From positions 96,100,001-96,164,000 of the forward strand of contig OX597818.1 in assembly GCA_951406725.2 (NCBI GenBank): DNA of 64,000 nt, written 5' to 3'. Shown piece after piece: positions 24,574 to 38,568 of this stretch; positions within the stretch are counted from its first letter, which is position 1; each line of letters opens with the position of its first letter. Made by a program: the position numbers and the translations under genes. The DNA is from Octopus vulgaris (Eukaryota). Below the pieces are notes generated by a model. It was not told the DNA's origin. It did no database searches and was given only the letters and a program-made list of their open reading frames with translations.

Positions 24574-24622
<49 letters not shown>

Positions 24623-24697
24623 ATCCAAACAAGAAAACACAGAGGACATGGAACAATTAAAGTATTATTTGACGCTCAGGAAAGAAGGGAAGGAGGG

Positions 24698-24730
24698 TTT
24701 AACGTTTCGAGCGGAGCTCTTCATCGGAAA
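24698..24730 (-). ncRNA. Minimal hammerhead variant (CCGAUGA core, extra A before stem II)
   Basis: UUU-CCGAUGA-A-GAGC(ucc)GCUC-GAAAC-GUU-AAA. Confidence 0.55.
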
Positions 24731-25599
24731 CAAAGGAGAAGGAAAGATCCCAAGAAGGGAAGACAGAGGAAAAAAATATTTTTGCTGGTGGTGCTCAAGA
24801 GATCACATGTTGATCACATATATATATATATATATATATAATATAATATAATATAATATAAATATATATATATCTATGCATATTCTTTTATTCTTTTACT
24901 CTTTTATTTCTTTCAGCCATTTGACTGTGGCTATGCTGGAGCACCGCCTTTATTCAAACAGATTGACCCCCAGGACTTATTCTTTGTAAGTCTAGTACTT
25001 ATTCTATCCGTCTCTTTTGCCAAACCGCTAGGTTACAGGGATGTAAACACACCAACATCAGTAGTCAAGCTATCCGCATATCATACTTAACGTAGATACA
25101 GCACAAAAGGCAACTAATTGCAGTATTTGTCTGGAAATAATATCATTTATGGACATACTGTGTTTAAAAACACAAAAATACATGTGTAGCAGATGAAAAT
25201 TATCCAGTAACATCTGTGAGAATGTTAGATGCAGATTTCTGTCCTGGGTGGTTAATTACAACAGTTGGATGGTTAATTTTCAGTTACTGTTATCCTAAAC
25301 ATATACTTACATAGATACATATATATATGTACATATACGTACCTACACCTATACATACATACGTACATATGACCTTTCCTCACTTCTCTTCCCTCAACTT
25401 TACTCCAGTTTTCCTTCCACTCTCCTTCCTTTTTCTTTTTCCTCTTTCGAATTGGACTTTCTTGATTTTTCAGTTTCCAAAAAAGAGCTATGCTCAAAAT
25501 GTAAAACTACTACTCTTTTCCTTCTCTGAGCATCTTATTAATACTTTGCTTTGTTTTTTGTTTGTTTTTTCTTTTTCTTTGTGTTTTTTTAATTGATTA

Positions 25600-25984
25600 T
25601 ATATCATCATCATCATCATCATCATCATCATCGTGATCGTTTAAAGTCCGCTTTCCATGCTGGCATGGATTGGACAATTTGACTGAGGACTGGCAAACCA
25701 GATGGCTGCACCAGGCTCCAATCTTGATCTGGCAGAGTTTCTATAGCTGGATGCCCTTCCTAATGCCAACCACTCTGAGAGTGTAATGGGTGCTTTTATG
25801 TGCCGCTGGCACGAGGGCCAGTCAGGTGATACTGGCAACGCCCATGCTCAAATGGTGTTTTTTACATGCTGCTTGCACAGGAGCCAATCCAGCAGCACTG
25901 ACAACAATCTCGCTGGAATGTTTTTTCACGTACCACCGGCATAAGTGCCAGTAAGGCAATGCTGGTAACGATCACGCTCAAATG

Positions 25985-25990
<6 letters not shown>
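25600..25990 (-). mobile_element. LINE 3' end or LINE-tailed SINE with (CAT)n tail, probably RTE-related; related pieces at 20450-20745(+), 26440-26850(-), 28140-28300(+)
   Basis: Recurrent catcatcat...tttccatgctggcatgg...ctggatgcccttcctaatgccaaccactc. Confidence 0.6.
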
Positions 25991-26027
<37 letters not shown>

Positions 26028-28024
26028 GTATATTTATAGATATTTGTATGTGTATAAGTAGCACATGTCAAAGAAAATTAAATTACAAATTAAAAGCAAC
26101 TCTAGTAATGTAAACATTATTGGTCACACATGCATAGTATATGCACTTTGTTTATATACCAAATTTGCTGCTGGATAGTGTCTAGGGAAAACTCTGTGAT
26201 ATACAGGTGTTCATTAACATTTAAGTGTTATAGAACACTTGAATGTAACAGGCTAGGTATGACAAATTGGCGTATAACATATATGTATGTATGTCTGTCT
26301 ATCTGTATGTATGTATGTCAGCCTGTATGTATATATGTATGTATGTATGTATGTATGCATGTATGTATGTATGTATGTATGTATGTACCTATCTATCTAT
26401 CTATTTATCTATCTATCTATATATATGCATATATATTTATATCATCATCATCTAACATCTGCTTTACATGCTGGCATGGGTTGAACAGTTTAAATAGGAG
26501 CTGACCAGACAGAAGGCTGCACCAAACGTCTAACACCAACCACCCCGCAGAGTGGATTGAGTGCTTTTTACATGGCACCAGCACAGGTGAGGTCAGTTTT
26601 GGCATGGGTTTTACAGCTGGATGCACTTCCAAATACCAACCTCTTTACAGTGTATACTGGATGCTTTTTACATGGCACCAGCACTCGCAGGGTCACCAAG
26701 TAACTTGCAAGAGAAGGGATCTTTGGACAACGTGATCTTGTGTCAGATGATGCAAGGCTAGAGTGTTACAGAGAGAGAGAAAGACAGAAACAGGTGTCTT
26801 GCTGTAGAGGAGGTAGATGGTTATCTGGCCAGAGAGAGAGAGGGATGTATATATGTCTGTCTGTATGTATATTTGAAAGGCCTCTGTCTACAAAATCCAC
26901 TCACAAGGTTTTGGTTTGTCTGAGGTGATAGTAAAGTAGGACAGAATCCCAAAGCATGTGTCTGGGGAGTGAATGTGGCTTTATGCTTCCTGCATCTAGG
27001 GAAAAGATGGGATGGTCATGATTGGAATGATATTGATTAGAGGCTTGTTCCATCAGGACTAACTTGAGACCAAATAACAGCAATGACTGCTTCTGATATA
27101 GATGCAAGACTTGAGATTTAGCAGGAGAAGTTAGTCTATTATATTGATCCTGCCAATATTTTACTGGTACTCTATTTTATCAATGCAGGAAGGATGAATG
27201 GCAAAGTTGATATCAACAAGATTTGAACTTGAACTTACAACACAAGGTGTTTTGTCAGTCACTCTAATGATCCTGCCAATATATTGCTAAGCAATAATAA
27301 TAACAACAACTAGTTTCTTTACATTCTATATTTTACTATACAATAATAATTGATATTTGTCTCTGATCATGAAAGGTGAATCAGTTGACATTATTTATCA
27401 CTTATTAATTATTTGATGTTTATAAGCAATGTTGTCTTTTCTCTTTTAACCATATTGTTGCTGCATTTCTCTTGAAATACACTGTTTTGTTTCAATGATA
27501 TTTTGAGCCTTAGAACTCATAAGGTTGAAGCTTAACACAATTTCCATGCTGTGTAAGTGACTGAAATTATAACAGGATGCTAGTCTGTCACAGGGTTATA
27601 TTCCCAGTTATTGCTGGGATTAATTTACAACTGAATAGACTGAAACGCTGTGAAATGAAATGTTTTACTCAAGAATATAATGCACACTCTGGTCTAGGAA
27701 TGAAAACTACAATCTTATGATCACAGGAAATAATGATGAATTTATAAAAAAGATTTACCAATATTAAACTGGTGTTTGGAACATAAATAAACATGAAGAT
27801 TTGATGGAGGCTGATAATTTAGATCACTTTAAAAGTAGAAGTTTTTATAACCAGGTGTGGTCCTGGGTAAGTTGGTATCAAAAGGATTAAAGACATCACT
27901 GAGAATAATTGCTGAATCTGCTATTATTTGCCTTGGGCACTCAACTCCTTGATGGAGTTGTCATAAGAGTGCCATATATATATGTATACTCATATATATA
28001 TGAGTGTTTGTGCATGTATGTCTC

Positions 28025-28092
<68 letters not shown>

Positions 28093-28295
28093 AACACGCA
28101 TACACACATATCATCATCATCATCATCATCATCCACTCTGCAGAGTGGTTGGTGTTAGGAAGGACATCCAGCTGTAAAATTCGTGCTAAAACAGACACAA
28201 AAGTCTGCTGCAGTCTTCTTCTTGGCCAGCTCCTGTCAAGCTGTCCAACACATGCTAGCATGAAAGGCAGATATTAAATGATGATGATGATGATG

Positions 28296-28332
<37 letters not shown>

Positions 28333-28410
28333 TTTATATATATATATTTGTTTATGAGTATATATAGATCTATATATGAATGTAAATGTATGTGTGTGTG
28401 TTTTTGTGAG

Positions 28411-28442
<32 letters not shown>

Positions 28443-28496
28443 TATACATATACATATATATACATGCTTGTATATATGTATGTATTTCTCTCTCTC

Positions 28497-28566
<70 letters not shown>

Positions 28567-30772
28567 TATGTGTTGTGTTCATATATAAAATTGTTTTTAG
28601 TCTCATTGTATTAGTACAACAACAGTGGAAAGGCAAATATCAGCCTTACCTTTGATCCAAGGCTGGTATAAAAAATATCAACCAAAAACTAGAGTAATTC
28701 TAAACAACTATACCCCTTGCTCAAACTTTGTTCTTCTATACCTAAGTTAAAAATCAATATTCAGTTTACAACAAACATTCATGCTGAATTCTATGAACAT
28801 TCATTGAAAGTAGTTTTAATGAATCATTATCTCCCTGACATACATTCAACATTTGCACTGCCTTTATTCTTTTAATACCAACCAGCCTGAAAGTGTCCCA
28901 ATTTCTATGGTGCAAATATTTTGATTCACTTTTAAAGTAATTTAAATTGAAACTGTCTGTCAAAATTTTACATTAATTAATGTTCCAAACACAGATTAAT
29001 TAATTTGTTATTTTCACTAAATTCTTCTGTATTTTCAAAATTAATTGAAATAAATGCAGTTTATTTCAACAGGAATATAATAACAAAAGGGTTGACTGAC
29101 TAACTGAACTACTTCTGTAGTATAATGAAGTTGCAGTAATTGTTTGCATTCTGGATCTCATTACCATTGAGCAATATTCATCTAAAATTAAATAGTCAAT
29201 AATTATCATAATTATCAAATGATGATGGTGGAAAGCTTCTAACAAAGTAAAAAGGCGAAGTTAAGCAACTTTTATATTTCAGGTACAAAGGCCCATCGTT
29301 AGAAGTGAACAGCTTAAAGAAATGTAGGTTAACATAGATCCTGCCATGCTGGTTGCTGTACGGGCAATGACCTCACTTTTCCTATGTGGTGATGTTGTGG
29401 CAATGAGTAAATGTATTATGAGTGTAGTATGAGTATGGTAAATTTAGTATGCAAGATGGTGTTGCCAGGGGCTGTAGAGGTCATAGCAGGGGTCAGTGGT
29501 GAATGGCTAGCTGTATAGGTTGGCAGCTCTACTGCTGCTGCTGTTACTATATTCACCTGATGTCAGAGACATCACTGTGCAGGCAAAGCAGGGCCACTGT
29601 TCATACAGCAATGATCATGACAAGATGTATGCAGACTTACATTTCTTTAAGCAGTTTACTTCTGATTATGGGCTTTGTGCCTGAATTATAAAGGTTACTT
29701 AACTTTCTGTTATTGCATTATTAAAAGCTCTCCATCTTCATTATTTGTAGTTTTATTCCTGTATCACCATCTTTCAAGCAAAATACAAACTCTTTTTACA
29801 ATAAATATAATAGTCTCTCAGTATCCCTTAACAAACTATTTTGAATTGTAGCTTTACTGAGGAAGTCTTATTACAACCAAAACAAATCTGGAATTGCTTC
29901 TTGTACTTCCCATAATAATTAAAATAATCCTTTCTGTTATAAGTATAAGGGCTGAAATTTTGATGGAGGGACTTGTTGATTACATTGAATCCAGTGTTCA
30001 ACTGGTACATATTTTATCAACTCTGAAAGGATGAAAGGCAAAGCCAACCTCAGAGGAATTTGAACTCAGAATGTAAAGATGGATGAAATGGTGCTGAGCA
30101 TTTTGCTCAACATGCAAACAATTCTACCTGCTCATAACCTTAGAATAAATTAGAATATTAAAATAAATAAAGCACCCTTTTAAAGCCTAGCCAGGCTCAT
30201 GGGCCCAGTTTCCCAGTTTCAATGGCGTATGTGTTCCCCAGCTGGACGGGACACCAGTCCATCGCAGCATTACTCATTTTTGCCAGCTGAGTGAACTGGA
30301 GCAACGTGAAATGAAATGTTTTGCTCAAGAACACAAAGCGTCGTCTGGTCCAAGAATCGAAACCACAATCTTACGATCATGATGCTGACGCCCTAACCAC
30401 TAAGCCACGCACCTCCACAAATTAGAATATTAGCTGCGGATTAATATTATCTTTACTTTATGACATACATTTGCTGTTTATTTTTCTTTTTTCTGACTAG
30501 TTTCTGAATGTTCAGTACATTAAATAAGGTGACACTAACATAATACCTACAATGACATTGGCCTAATTTGTCAAATGGTTACTGTATGTTGGCTTATGCT
30601 GTAAGCCCAATGACAAACGTCGCTCTACTGTTTATTGTGAGTGGTAAACTGAACTTTTGATTGGCATTTATTTGCATTCAGAATGAATTAATTATATTTG
30701 CATGAAGCCATTGTTAATTCTCATAATGGGGTGTATGAACTAACAGTAACAGCAATAAGTATGTGTCTATAG

Positions 30773-30872
<100 letters not shown>

Positions 30873-30971
30873 ATATGTATGTATGTGTGAGTGGATACAT
30901 ACACACATACATATATATTATATATTTATATATATATTATACAGACACACAAACACACACATATGTATATA

Positions 30972-31015
<44 letters not shown>

Positions 31016-31063
31016 CATACATACCCATGTATATTTATATATACACATATCTGTATCTATGTG

Positions 31064-31114
<51 letters not shown>

Positions 31115-31116
<2 letters not shown>

Positions 31117-32349
31117 GGGTGCGTAAGGTATTCATGGATATACCTTTTTTGGGTCATAGCTGCATTTTTTACTAACTCTGTATAATCTTTGTGTCAGAAA
31201 ATAATAATTGCAGACTTTCAGCTTACTCAAAAAAACTAAGAGGCATGCTGTTATTGTGGTATTAAAGGCTGAACATAGTGATTTAGAAATATCTCGATTT
31301 TTAAAAGTTGCCAGTCCTTTCATCTAAAATGTTTGTTCGGAGCTAGAAACTTAAGATGGAAATGTATCACCAGTATCAAAGCATAAAAAGTATTCTAAAT
31401 GCTCTGAAATCATTAAAACACCTTAATTTATCCAACAAGTTCAATAGACCATTAATTACAATTGCAGAAAGTCCATGAAGTCAATTACAAAAGATCTCCA
31501 TTTGTTAGAAGGAACAGTCAGAAATGTTGTCCATTAAGACATCAGATATAAGTCTTATATGATGAGGAAAGGTCAATTTGTCAGAAAAAGCAAAAGAAAA
31601 TCACTACATCAGATCTAAAAGGTTCTTAAACAAACTGAAAAATCCAGCAGAAAAAGATTTGATTTAGTTTTTCTCAAACAAAAAAAAAACTTCAAACAAG
31701 ATCAAAAAGTTAACAGAAGAAATGACAGATGGTTATGTGCAGACCCTTCTGAAGTTCCAAGTGTTATGCATACAAAATTTCCTGTAACTGTCATGGTTTT
31801 AAGGGTTGTCAGCAATGAAGGACATATGATGCCTCCTTACTTCTTTCCGCAAGGCCTTAGGTCCTGGAAATAATTGCTAAGCCCTGGATAAACAGTGTAT
31901 GCAATGGAAGGCCATATGTGTTTCGGTAACACACTGCACTATTACATATGGCTCTAGTAACACGGGAATGGATGGCTGAAAATTTTCAGCATCACATAAC
32001 CCCTAACATTTGGCCTCCTAATTCCCCAAATCTCAATCCATTGGACATGGGGAGCGTTATTGAAAGAGAGAGTTCAATGAACACGCCCATATCACCAAAG
32101 GTTCTTTGAAAGCTGCCATAGTCAAAGTAATGTCCAAAATGAACCAGGACCACATCATTCAAACATGTAGATGATTTAGATCTCATATAGAAGGAGTTGT
32201 TGAAGCTGAAGGTGGCTTTATTGAATAACATTATAGAAAAGAAGGTTTACTTTTATCCTCAAACCATTTTTTGATAAAGTTATTATCTGTTATTATATAT
32301 GTTTTTTTTTATAAACATAAATCTGTCCTCAAATATCTTATGCACCCTG
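31115..32349 (+). mobile_element. Near full-length decayed Tc1/mariner-superfamily transposon (maT/DD37D-like), TA TSD
   Basis: TIRs TA|cagggtgcgtaaggtattcatggata and tgtcctcaaatatcttatgcaccctg|TA; transposase remnants NRRNDRWLCADPSEVP, HTKFPVTVMVL, IWPPNSPNLNPLD with stops. Confidence 0.9.
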
Positions 32350-32419
32350 TATATATATTGATAAACATATAGCCGTATGTAAGCCGACTCAAGAAATCTT
32401 TAGTGAAAGTTTTTATTGA

Positions 32420-32463
32420 TGTACTTGAAGAGACCCAGAACGGGTCGAAACACATGTTGTGCA
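32420..32463 (+). ncRNA. Degenerate minimal hammerhead in a Penelope-like stub
   Basis: UGUAC-UUGAAGA-GACCC(agaac)GGGUC-GAAA-CACAUG-UU-GUGCA; C3U change. Confidence 0.55.
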
Positions 32464-32646
32464 CTATAAAGTCTATAACGCATTCCATCTACAATGTTAT
32501 TAATACTGTTATCCCAGCTGCCACTACGAAATTCCTGCAATAAATGTACGGAAAACTACAGGTAATCAAACTGTCGGTGCTTTACTCATCATCTATTTAT
32601 ACATTTTGTACAATTTCTCCATTATATGTGTGTGTGTGTTTATGTA

Positions 32647-32684
<38 letters not shown>

Positions 32685-32695
32685 TATAGATATAG

Positions 32696-32726
<31 letters not shown>

Positions 32727-33092
32727 AAGGCAAGCAGAGTTAGCTGTTATAATAACTGACTAAGGGATAATATATCTGTATTTACTATCGGTATTAGTTA
32801 CCTGTGTTATTTCTGGGCATGGGTATGCAGGCACACTATGCTCATAGAGTACAGGTAACAAGAGAATAAACAAAAGTTTATCAGGAATCAAATTTAAGTA
32901 ATCAGAAAATGGAGAAAACTTTAGATGTATACAAATAGATGTATATATATATATATATGTAAAATTTAGATTCAGATGAATATGGTACTTGAGTTGACGC
33001 ACCAGAATTTAGTACGGTATTAACCATACAATTTCAAAATAAGGTGATTAAAATCAAAATAAGCAACAATGATATCCTTGTTGCTTATTTTG

Positions 33093-33175
<83 letters not shown>

Positions 33176-34406
33176 GTATATATATGTATATATATGTATA
33201 TATATGTATATATATGTATATACAGATGTGTGTGTGTGTGTATATATATACACACACATATATGTATAAAATATGTATATGTGTATTGATATGTATGTAT
33301 ACATACACATATATATGTATATATCTATGTAACTATAAGTATATGTATATATACATATATATATGTGTGTGTGTGTGAGATATGTTTATATCAATATCTA
33401 TCCATCTATCTATTTATCTATATGTATATATATATATGTATACATATGTATGCATTTATGTGTGTGTGTGTGTGTGTGTATGTGCGCGTGCGCATGTGTG
33501 TGTATTGTAAGAAATTTGATGTTGATTTATCACATTACCAGAGGCCTGGTTGTTAAAGGTGAGTAAAGAAGTCAGATAAATTAACTGCAGGATATAGCTT
33601 GTTCTCATACTTAATTGACCACTGGCACTGTATGAAATTCGTAGTTGATATAGATGCTGATGATGCTGATGATGATGACCTTGAAGCAGGAAATTTGTAT
33701 TGTGGAATGAAACAGTCAATATATTTCAACAGAAATATATAAAAACAGAAGGGTTAATCACCCACTATTTTTTGGGTGGTCTAAAATCAGAAAGTTTAAT
33801 GCATAAGATAAATATTTGAATAATATACTTTCTAGAGAATGTGACCTGAATTAGTTTAAACCTGGACGACCTGAATATGGTTGTAATGGGATGTGATGAG
33901 AAACTTAATTTGATTTTTACATTCATTCATGCATATAGATTTCAGCTCATGTCTGACTGGAACCATAATTATGTAATCATACCATGCAATCCCAGTTACA
34001 TATTGTTAAATAAAACCCATTCATTACACACCCATCAATATCAGCAATCATTTTATCAATGGGTGAACATAATATATATCTATATATATGTATATATATA
34101 CATATATATATATATATAGTAATAATAATAATATGAGGGTATATTATTCCAAACTTACAGGGAAAAATTCAATTTAGAAATACTAAATCAAATTTCACAA
34201 AATATAATATATATATATATAAATTAGAAAAAAACCCCACCTTTTATCAATTCGATAATGAAAAATTAAATTATACCATTTAGAAAAATTACATATTATA
34301 GAAAGATTAAATATATGATTAAAGCATATAACAATGATTAAATAATATGCAAAATAGTAAATAAAAAGTATATATTTGGTAGAATATATATATATATATA
34401 TATATA

Positions 34407-34827
34407 CAGGGTTATTCAAAAAGAATGAACTGATTTCATTACGCAATATTTTAATAAGGAAAAGCAATAGAAAACTGCAGCTACATCACAAGTATTTACT
34501 TACAATCAACTTATATTTCCTGTCTTATAAGTGTTCAATGTGGTCACCACCTGCAGCACAGGCAACATCAATGCGATAAGAGAATTCCTCCCAGATGCGT
34601 ATCAGCATATCATGATCCACTGAGTTGATTGTTGTTGTTCTTCAATGTTTAAGGGTATCGAGGTTAGTGGGTAGCGGTGGAATATAGACACAAACTTTTA
34701 CATATCCCCACAAGAAAAAGTCAGACAGTGAGATCTGGGGATCTCACAGGCCAAGCATATATGTGTCTGGGAGGAATTCTCTTATTGCATTGATGTTGCC
34801 TGTGCTGCAAGTGGTGGCCACATTGAA
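34407..34827 (-). mobile_element. Tc1/mariner 3' end with an inverted duplication; truncated at the Tx1 junction
   Basis: TA|cagggttattcaaaaag TIR; minus strand WPVRSPDLT..FFLWGYVK...RIWEEFSYRIDVACAAGGDHIEHL*; 34534-34595 is inverted at 34766-34827. Confidence 0.85.
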
Positions 34828-37046
34828 AAGTCACCAGGGCATGATGGTATGCCCTATGAGTTGTTCAGGCACCTACTGGCCGGAGTCTATGCCAACTGGC
34901 AGTAGAATGGGAGTATTCCCAAATCTGTAAGCCGAGGAGTAGTCCCTCTAATCAGAAAGAACCCTAACAAGGGGGACATTATTAGTAATTGTAGGCTCAT
35001 AACTCTGTTAAATACAGAGTTAAAGATTTTGGCCAAGGTGCTAGCAAAGAGGTTGGCGTGGGTCGTGGGCAACCTTGTCGGGGAGACGCAAACTCGCGCC
35101 ATTCCCGGCAGGTCGGTTCGCGACATTCTCCACCTCATACGCTACACCATAGAAGGTGTTGGTAAAATTACTGGCAAAGGTGGGTCACTGGTGCATTTAG
35201 ACCAGTCTAAAGCTTTCGATAAGGTCGACCATCGGTACCTAGCGACAGTTCTCGGGGCGGCCGGGCTAGGCCCGACTTTTTGAGGCTGGGTCGCTGCTGT
35301 GTACTGCAACATAGTCTGTCGTTCGAGTGAATGGTTTCCTCCCGAAACCATTCGAGATAAAGCGCCCTGTTCGCCAGGGATGTCACCAGTCTTCACCTTT
35401 ATATGTGCTGGCTCTTGAACCATTGCTGGGCAGGTGGGAAGCTATAAGGGGCAACCTGCATGATCTGAGTGGAGGGAAGACGGCGATCGCACATGCGGAT
35501 GACTTCATCGTCAGCGTGTCGGATGAAGGGCAGCTGCCTTGTGAAGAAAACGCCATCAGAAGATTCGAAGCAGTGGTAAGAGCAAGAATTAATCAGAATA
35601 AGTCGCTCGGCTTGCAACTCGGCACCCAGAGGGGCAAGTCGATGTCGTCCGATAACGTTGTGGGATGTTGAACAGAAGGTCCTGTTAAGATGCTAGGGGT
35701 CTCGTTTGGTCCAGACCTCCTGATGGAGAAGAATTGTAGTGAGGTAACAAGCAGTGTAACGCCTCTAACCCAAATTTGGCCTGAAAGGGCGTTATCGCTG
35801 CTAGGAAGGGCGGAGGTGACGCGGGTGTTTAATGCGTCCGTTATCACCTACCGTCTGACCGTCGTGCCTTGTCCTGATTCGTAGCTAAGCAAGTTGGAGA
35901 GACTCCTCTTTCGCTTTTTGTGGAAGGGGAGGCCACTTGTAAGGTGCTCTATCTGCTGCCAAAAACCGTTAAAGGATGAACTAGGGATGCCGTGGCCGAG
36001 GATGCACAAACTTGCTCTGAGGCATAGGCATCTCTGGCGTCACCTGGATGGTGAGCAGGTATGGTCACCGGTCGTGAAGTTCTTCCTTCCACAGTTGACC
36101 TCCCTTCGGGATTTAGGTCCTTGGATCAGGCGAAGACCTAGGCTGGGTGCTTGGCAAATGGAGTGTCGACAGGCACTCACACTTCTCTGCAGGGCGAGCA
36201 CAGTCGGCAACTAGGGTTATACCGCGGACTTTTATAACGAGTTAGTGGAGCATATGTCAGTGGATGTCCTGGGGGAGACTCTGGGTGTCGATGGAAATCA
36301 GTTGGTCAAACTGTTCAGAAGGATTTTCGGACCGGGGTACCTGGATAATCACCAGAAATCTCTGACCCGGTTGTGTTACCGATCGGCCTTACTTGTTCGA
36401 GAGAGGCTATCAAGGCACGTAGTGCCATCTCACCGACATGCCCAAGGTGCGGGCGGGACAGTGAAACCGTCATGCATGCCTTCGTGGAGTGCCCGGAGTT
36501 AAAGGGACTAATAGCCAATGTCGAACAACTAGTGTCAACGACAAAACGAGTACGGCTGTCAGCTGAATCAATTATCAAGGCTGTTCCGTCCTCTTCCCTT
36601 ATCAGGGAGAGGAGGAACAGTTTTTCTGCATTATAGCCATACTGAAAGAAACGGTATGGAAGACATGCGCGAAAGGGATTTGCGACAGGTACCTTTATTT
36701 ACAGCCAAGGTCTAGTTAATTACTTTAAATATCACCTTAAAAGTAAGATCAGGCCGGAAAAGAGATACTTGACGTATAGCACGTTTCGTAAAAGAATGTG
36801 GAGAGAAAGTTGAGGATGAATGGAGCCGGCTAAGCTCAGCAATCTAACCGGAATAGAAAGGAACGGCAGTCAAGGTACTTTCACATAATATTTATAATTT
36901 TATTAATTTTAAATCGAAATTTTTAAAATCGAAATTAATTTTTAATCGGAAGTTTTGAAAAAGGAAAATACGAACTGTGTATGTTTTGTCTGTTTTTGTA
37001 CTGTCCCCTCTTCGTTATGCCCAGTGTGGCAAATAAAGAAGAAAAA
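34828..37046 (+). mobile_element. 5'-truncated Tx1-clade (L1 group) LINE: ORF2 RT, CCHC domain and 3'UTR, pseudogenised
   Basis: KSPGHDGMPYE, ITLLNTELKILAKVLAKRL, LDQSKAFDKVDH, VRQGC..SPLYVLALEPL, AHADDF, CPRCGRDSETVMHAFVEC; ends AATAAAGAAGAAAAA. Confidence 0.92.
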
Positions 37047-38568
37047 GTACGCAGTAGGCGGTGTGGTGTGTTCGCTTTCGTGTTACGGTCTGTTATAATT
37101 TTATCTGAAGTTTATTGTTGAATTGCCGTTGATTTTGTTGCAGGTTTTCCCTTTTGGGATTACCTTTGTTTTAAAAATTGGTTAAAAACTGTTTGTATCT
37201 TGCGACACATTGTCAGCCTTCACAGGCTTGTTTCCTGTTGGTTTTCCCCGTTGTGTAGGGTGTCCTACACAAAATGGATGACGACACATTTTACGAGCTC
37301 TGGGAGAGCGAGGATGAGGAGGAATACACAAGTGATTCCGGAGACAGTACGAATGATTGTGCGGCTGCAGCACGAAGAAGGATGAAGCATTACAACATCA
37401 AGCCTGAGGCAGTCAAGAAGTTCCAGTTATTTCTACAAGAGGAGGGAGACAACGTGAGGCTAAATCTCTTCAATGAGGTGATGGAAGGAATTAAGAGAAC
37501 AGTTGTTTATAGGACGCTTTCTTTAAAGACCAGAAAAATAGAGATCGCGTTAATAGAGGAAATTGAAAAGGCATTAAAGCCTATTATGTATAAATTGCCG
37601 TACGTTCAACACGGAAGAAAGTTTGGAACGGTGGAGGCGCAGTCTGTGGCTGAGAGGGATGCCAAGATGGACTCGGCGACCACCCTGCAGACAAGCGGAT
37701 TAGCTCTTTTGTCGTCATACCTAGGCAAAAGAACGACGAAAATAATGATAAGCAGTTTCGACCCGGAATTCAAACTAATGTGGATCCTGGCGGCAGCCTT
37801 CGTCAACATAAAAGAAGAGGTGACACTATTGTAGTTGGAGGAAAAAAGTACCCAGAACTGGTGTGACAGGGATGTAAGAGCAACAATCCAGGCCACATCA
37901 ACAGATATTGATAGCATACCGGAGTTCGTCATCCTTCCGGATGGTACAAGAGTGAAGGTCGCTGTTCAGGGCAGAGTACCAACGTGCTTCGGGTGTGGGC
38001 AAAAGGAGCATATATATAAAAAACAAAACAAAAAAAAAAAAAAACGTGTTACCAGGGCCTACAACCTGAAAACAGACGGAGGCCAGTATGCAGTAGCAGA
38101 GAACGGAAGAGGAGAAACAGTCACGACGGAAGAAGTAGCACCATTGACAACTTCTACAAAGGTAAGTGACCTAAAAAAGCAGGTGACTGGGAGGCAGAGG
38201 AAAAAGAAAATTACTAGTTCCTCCCCTCCCACAAACCAAAAAAGCCAAAAATTACAAGACTTTTCAAACAAGAACACACATGAACATTTAATATAAACAA
38301 ACCAAAAGAATAAAAAAAAAGAAAAACAAAGACACTGAGATGACTTCACCAAGCAAAGTGAAAAAGAAAAATAATTTATGTTAGTTTTTAAAAAAAAATA
38401 TTCAATGGTGTTGCCTGGGTCGTGGGGCACGGGTGACTATCATTTGATCTTTTCATATATTAATCATACATCTGCTCATTCGATGACTTTCTTTTTTTTT
38501 CGGCCTTACATGTAATGTCCTGTATCATCCCCTTTTTGATGGTCCCTTGTGAACAATAAAAAGAAAAA
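37047..38568 (+). mobile_element. Tx1-type element with 5'UTR, ORF1 (37274-38296; one in-frame stop and an A-run expansion) and a 3' tail, but no ORF2
   Basis: ORFs 37274..37834 and 37835..38296 are one frame split by TAG; IPEFVILPDGTRVKVAVQGRVPTCFGCGQKEH zinc knuckle; ends AATAAAAAGAAAAA. Confidence 0.75.
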
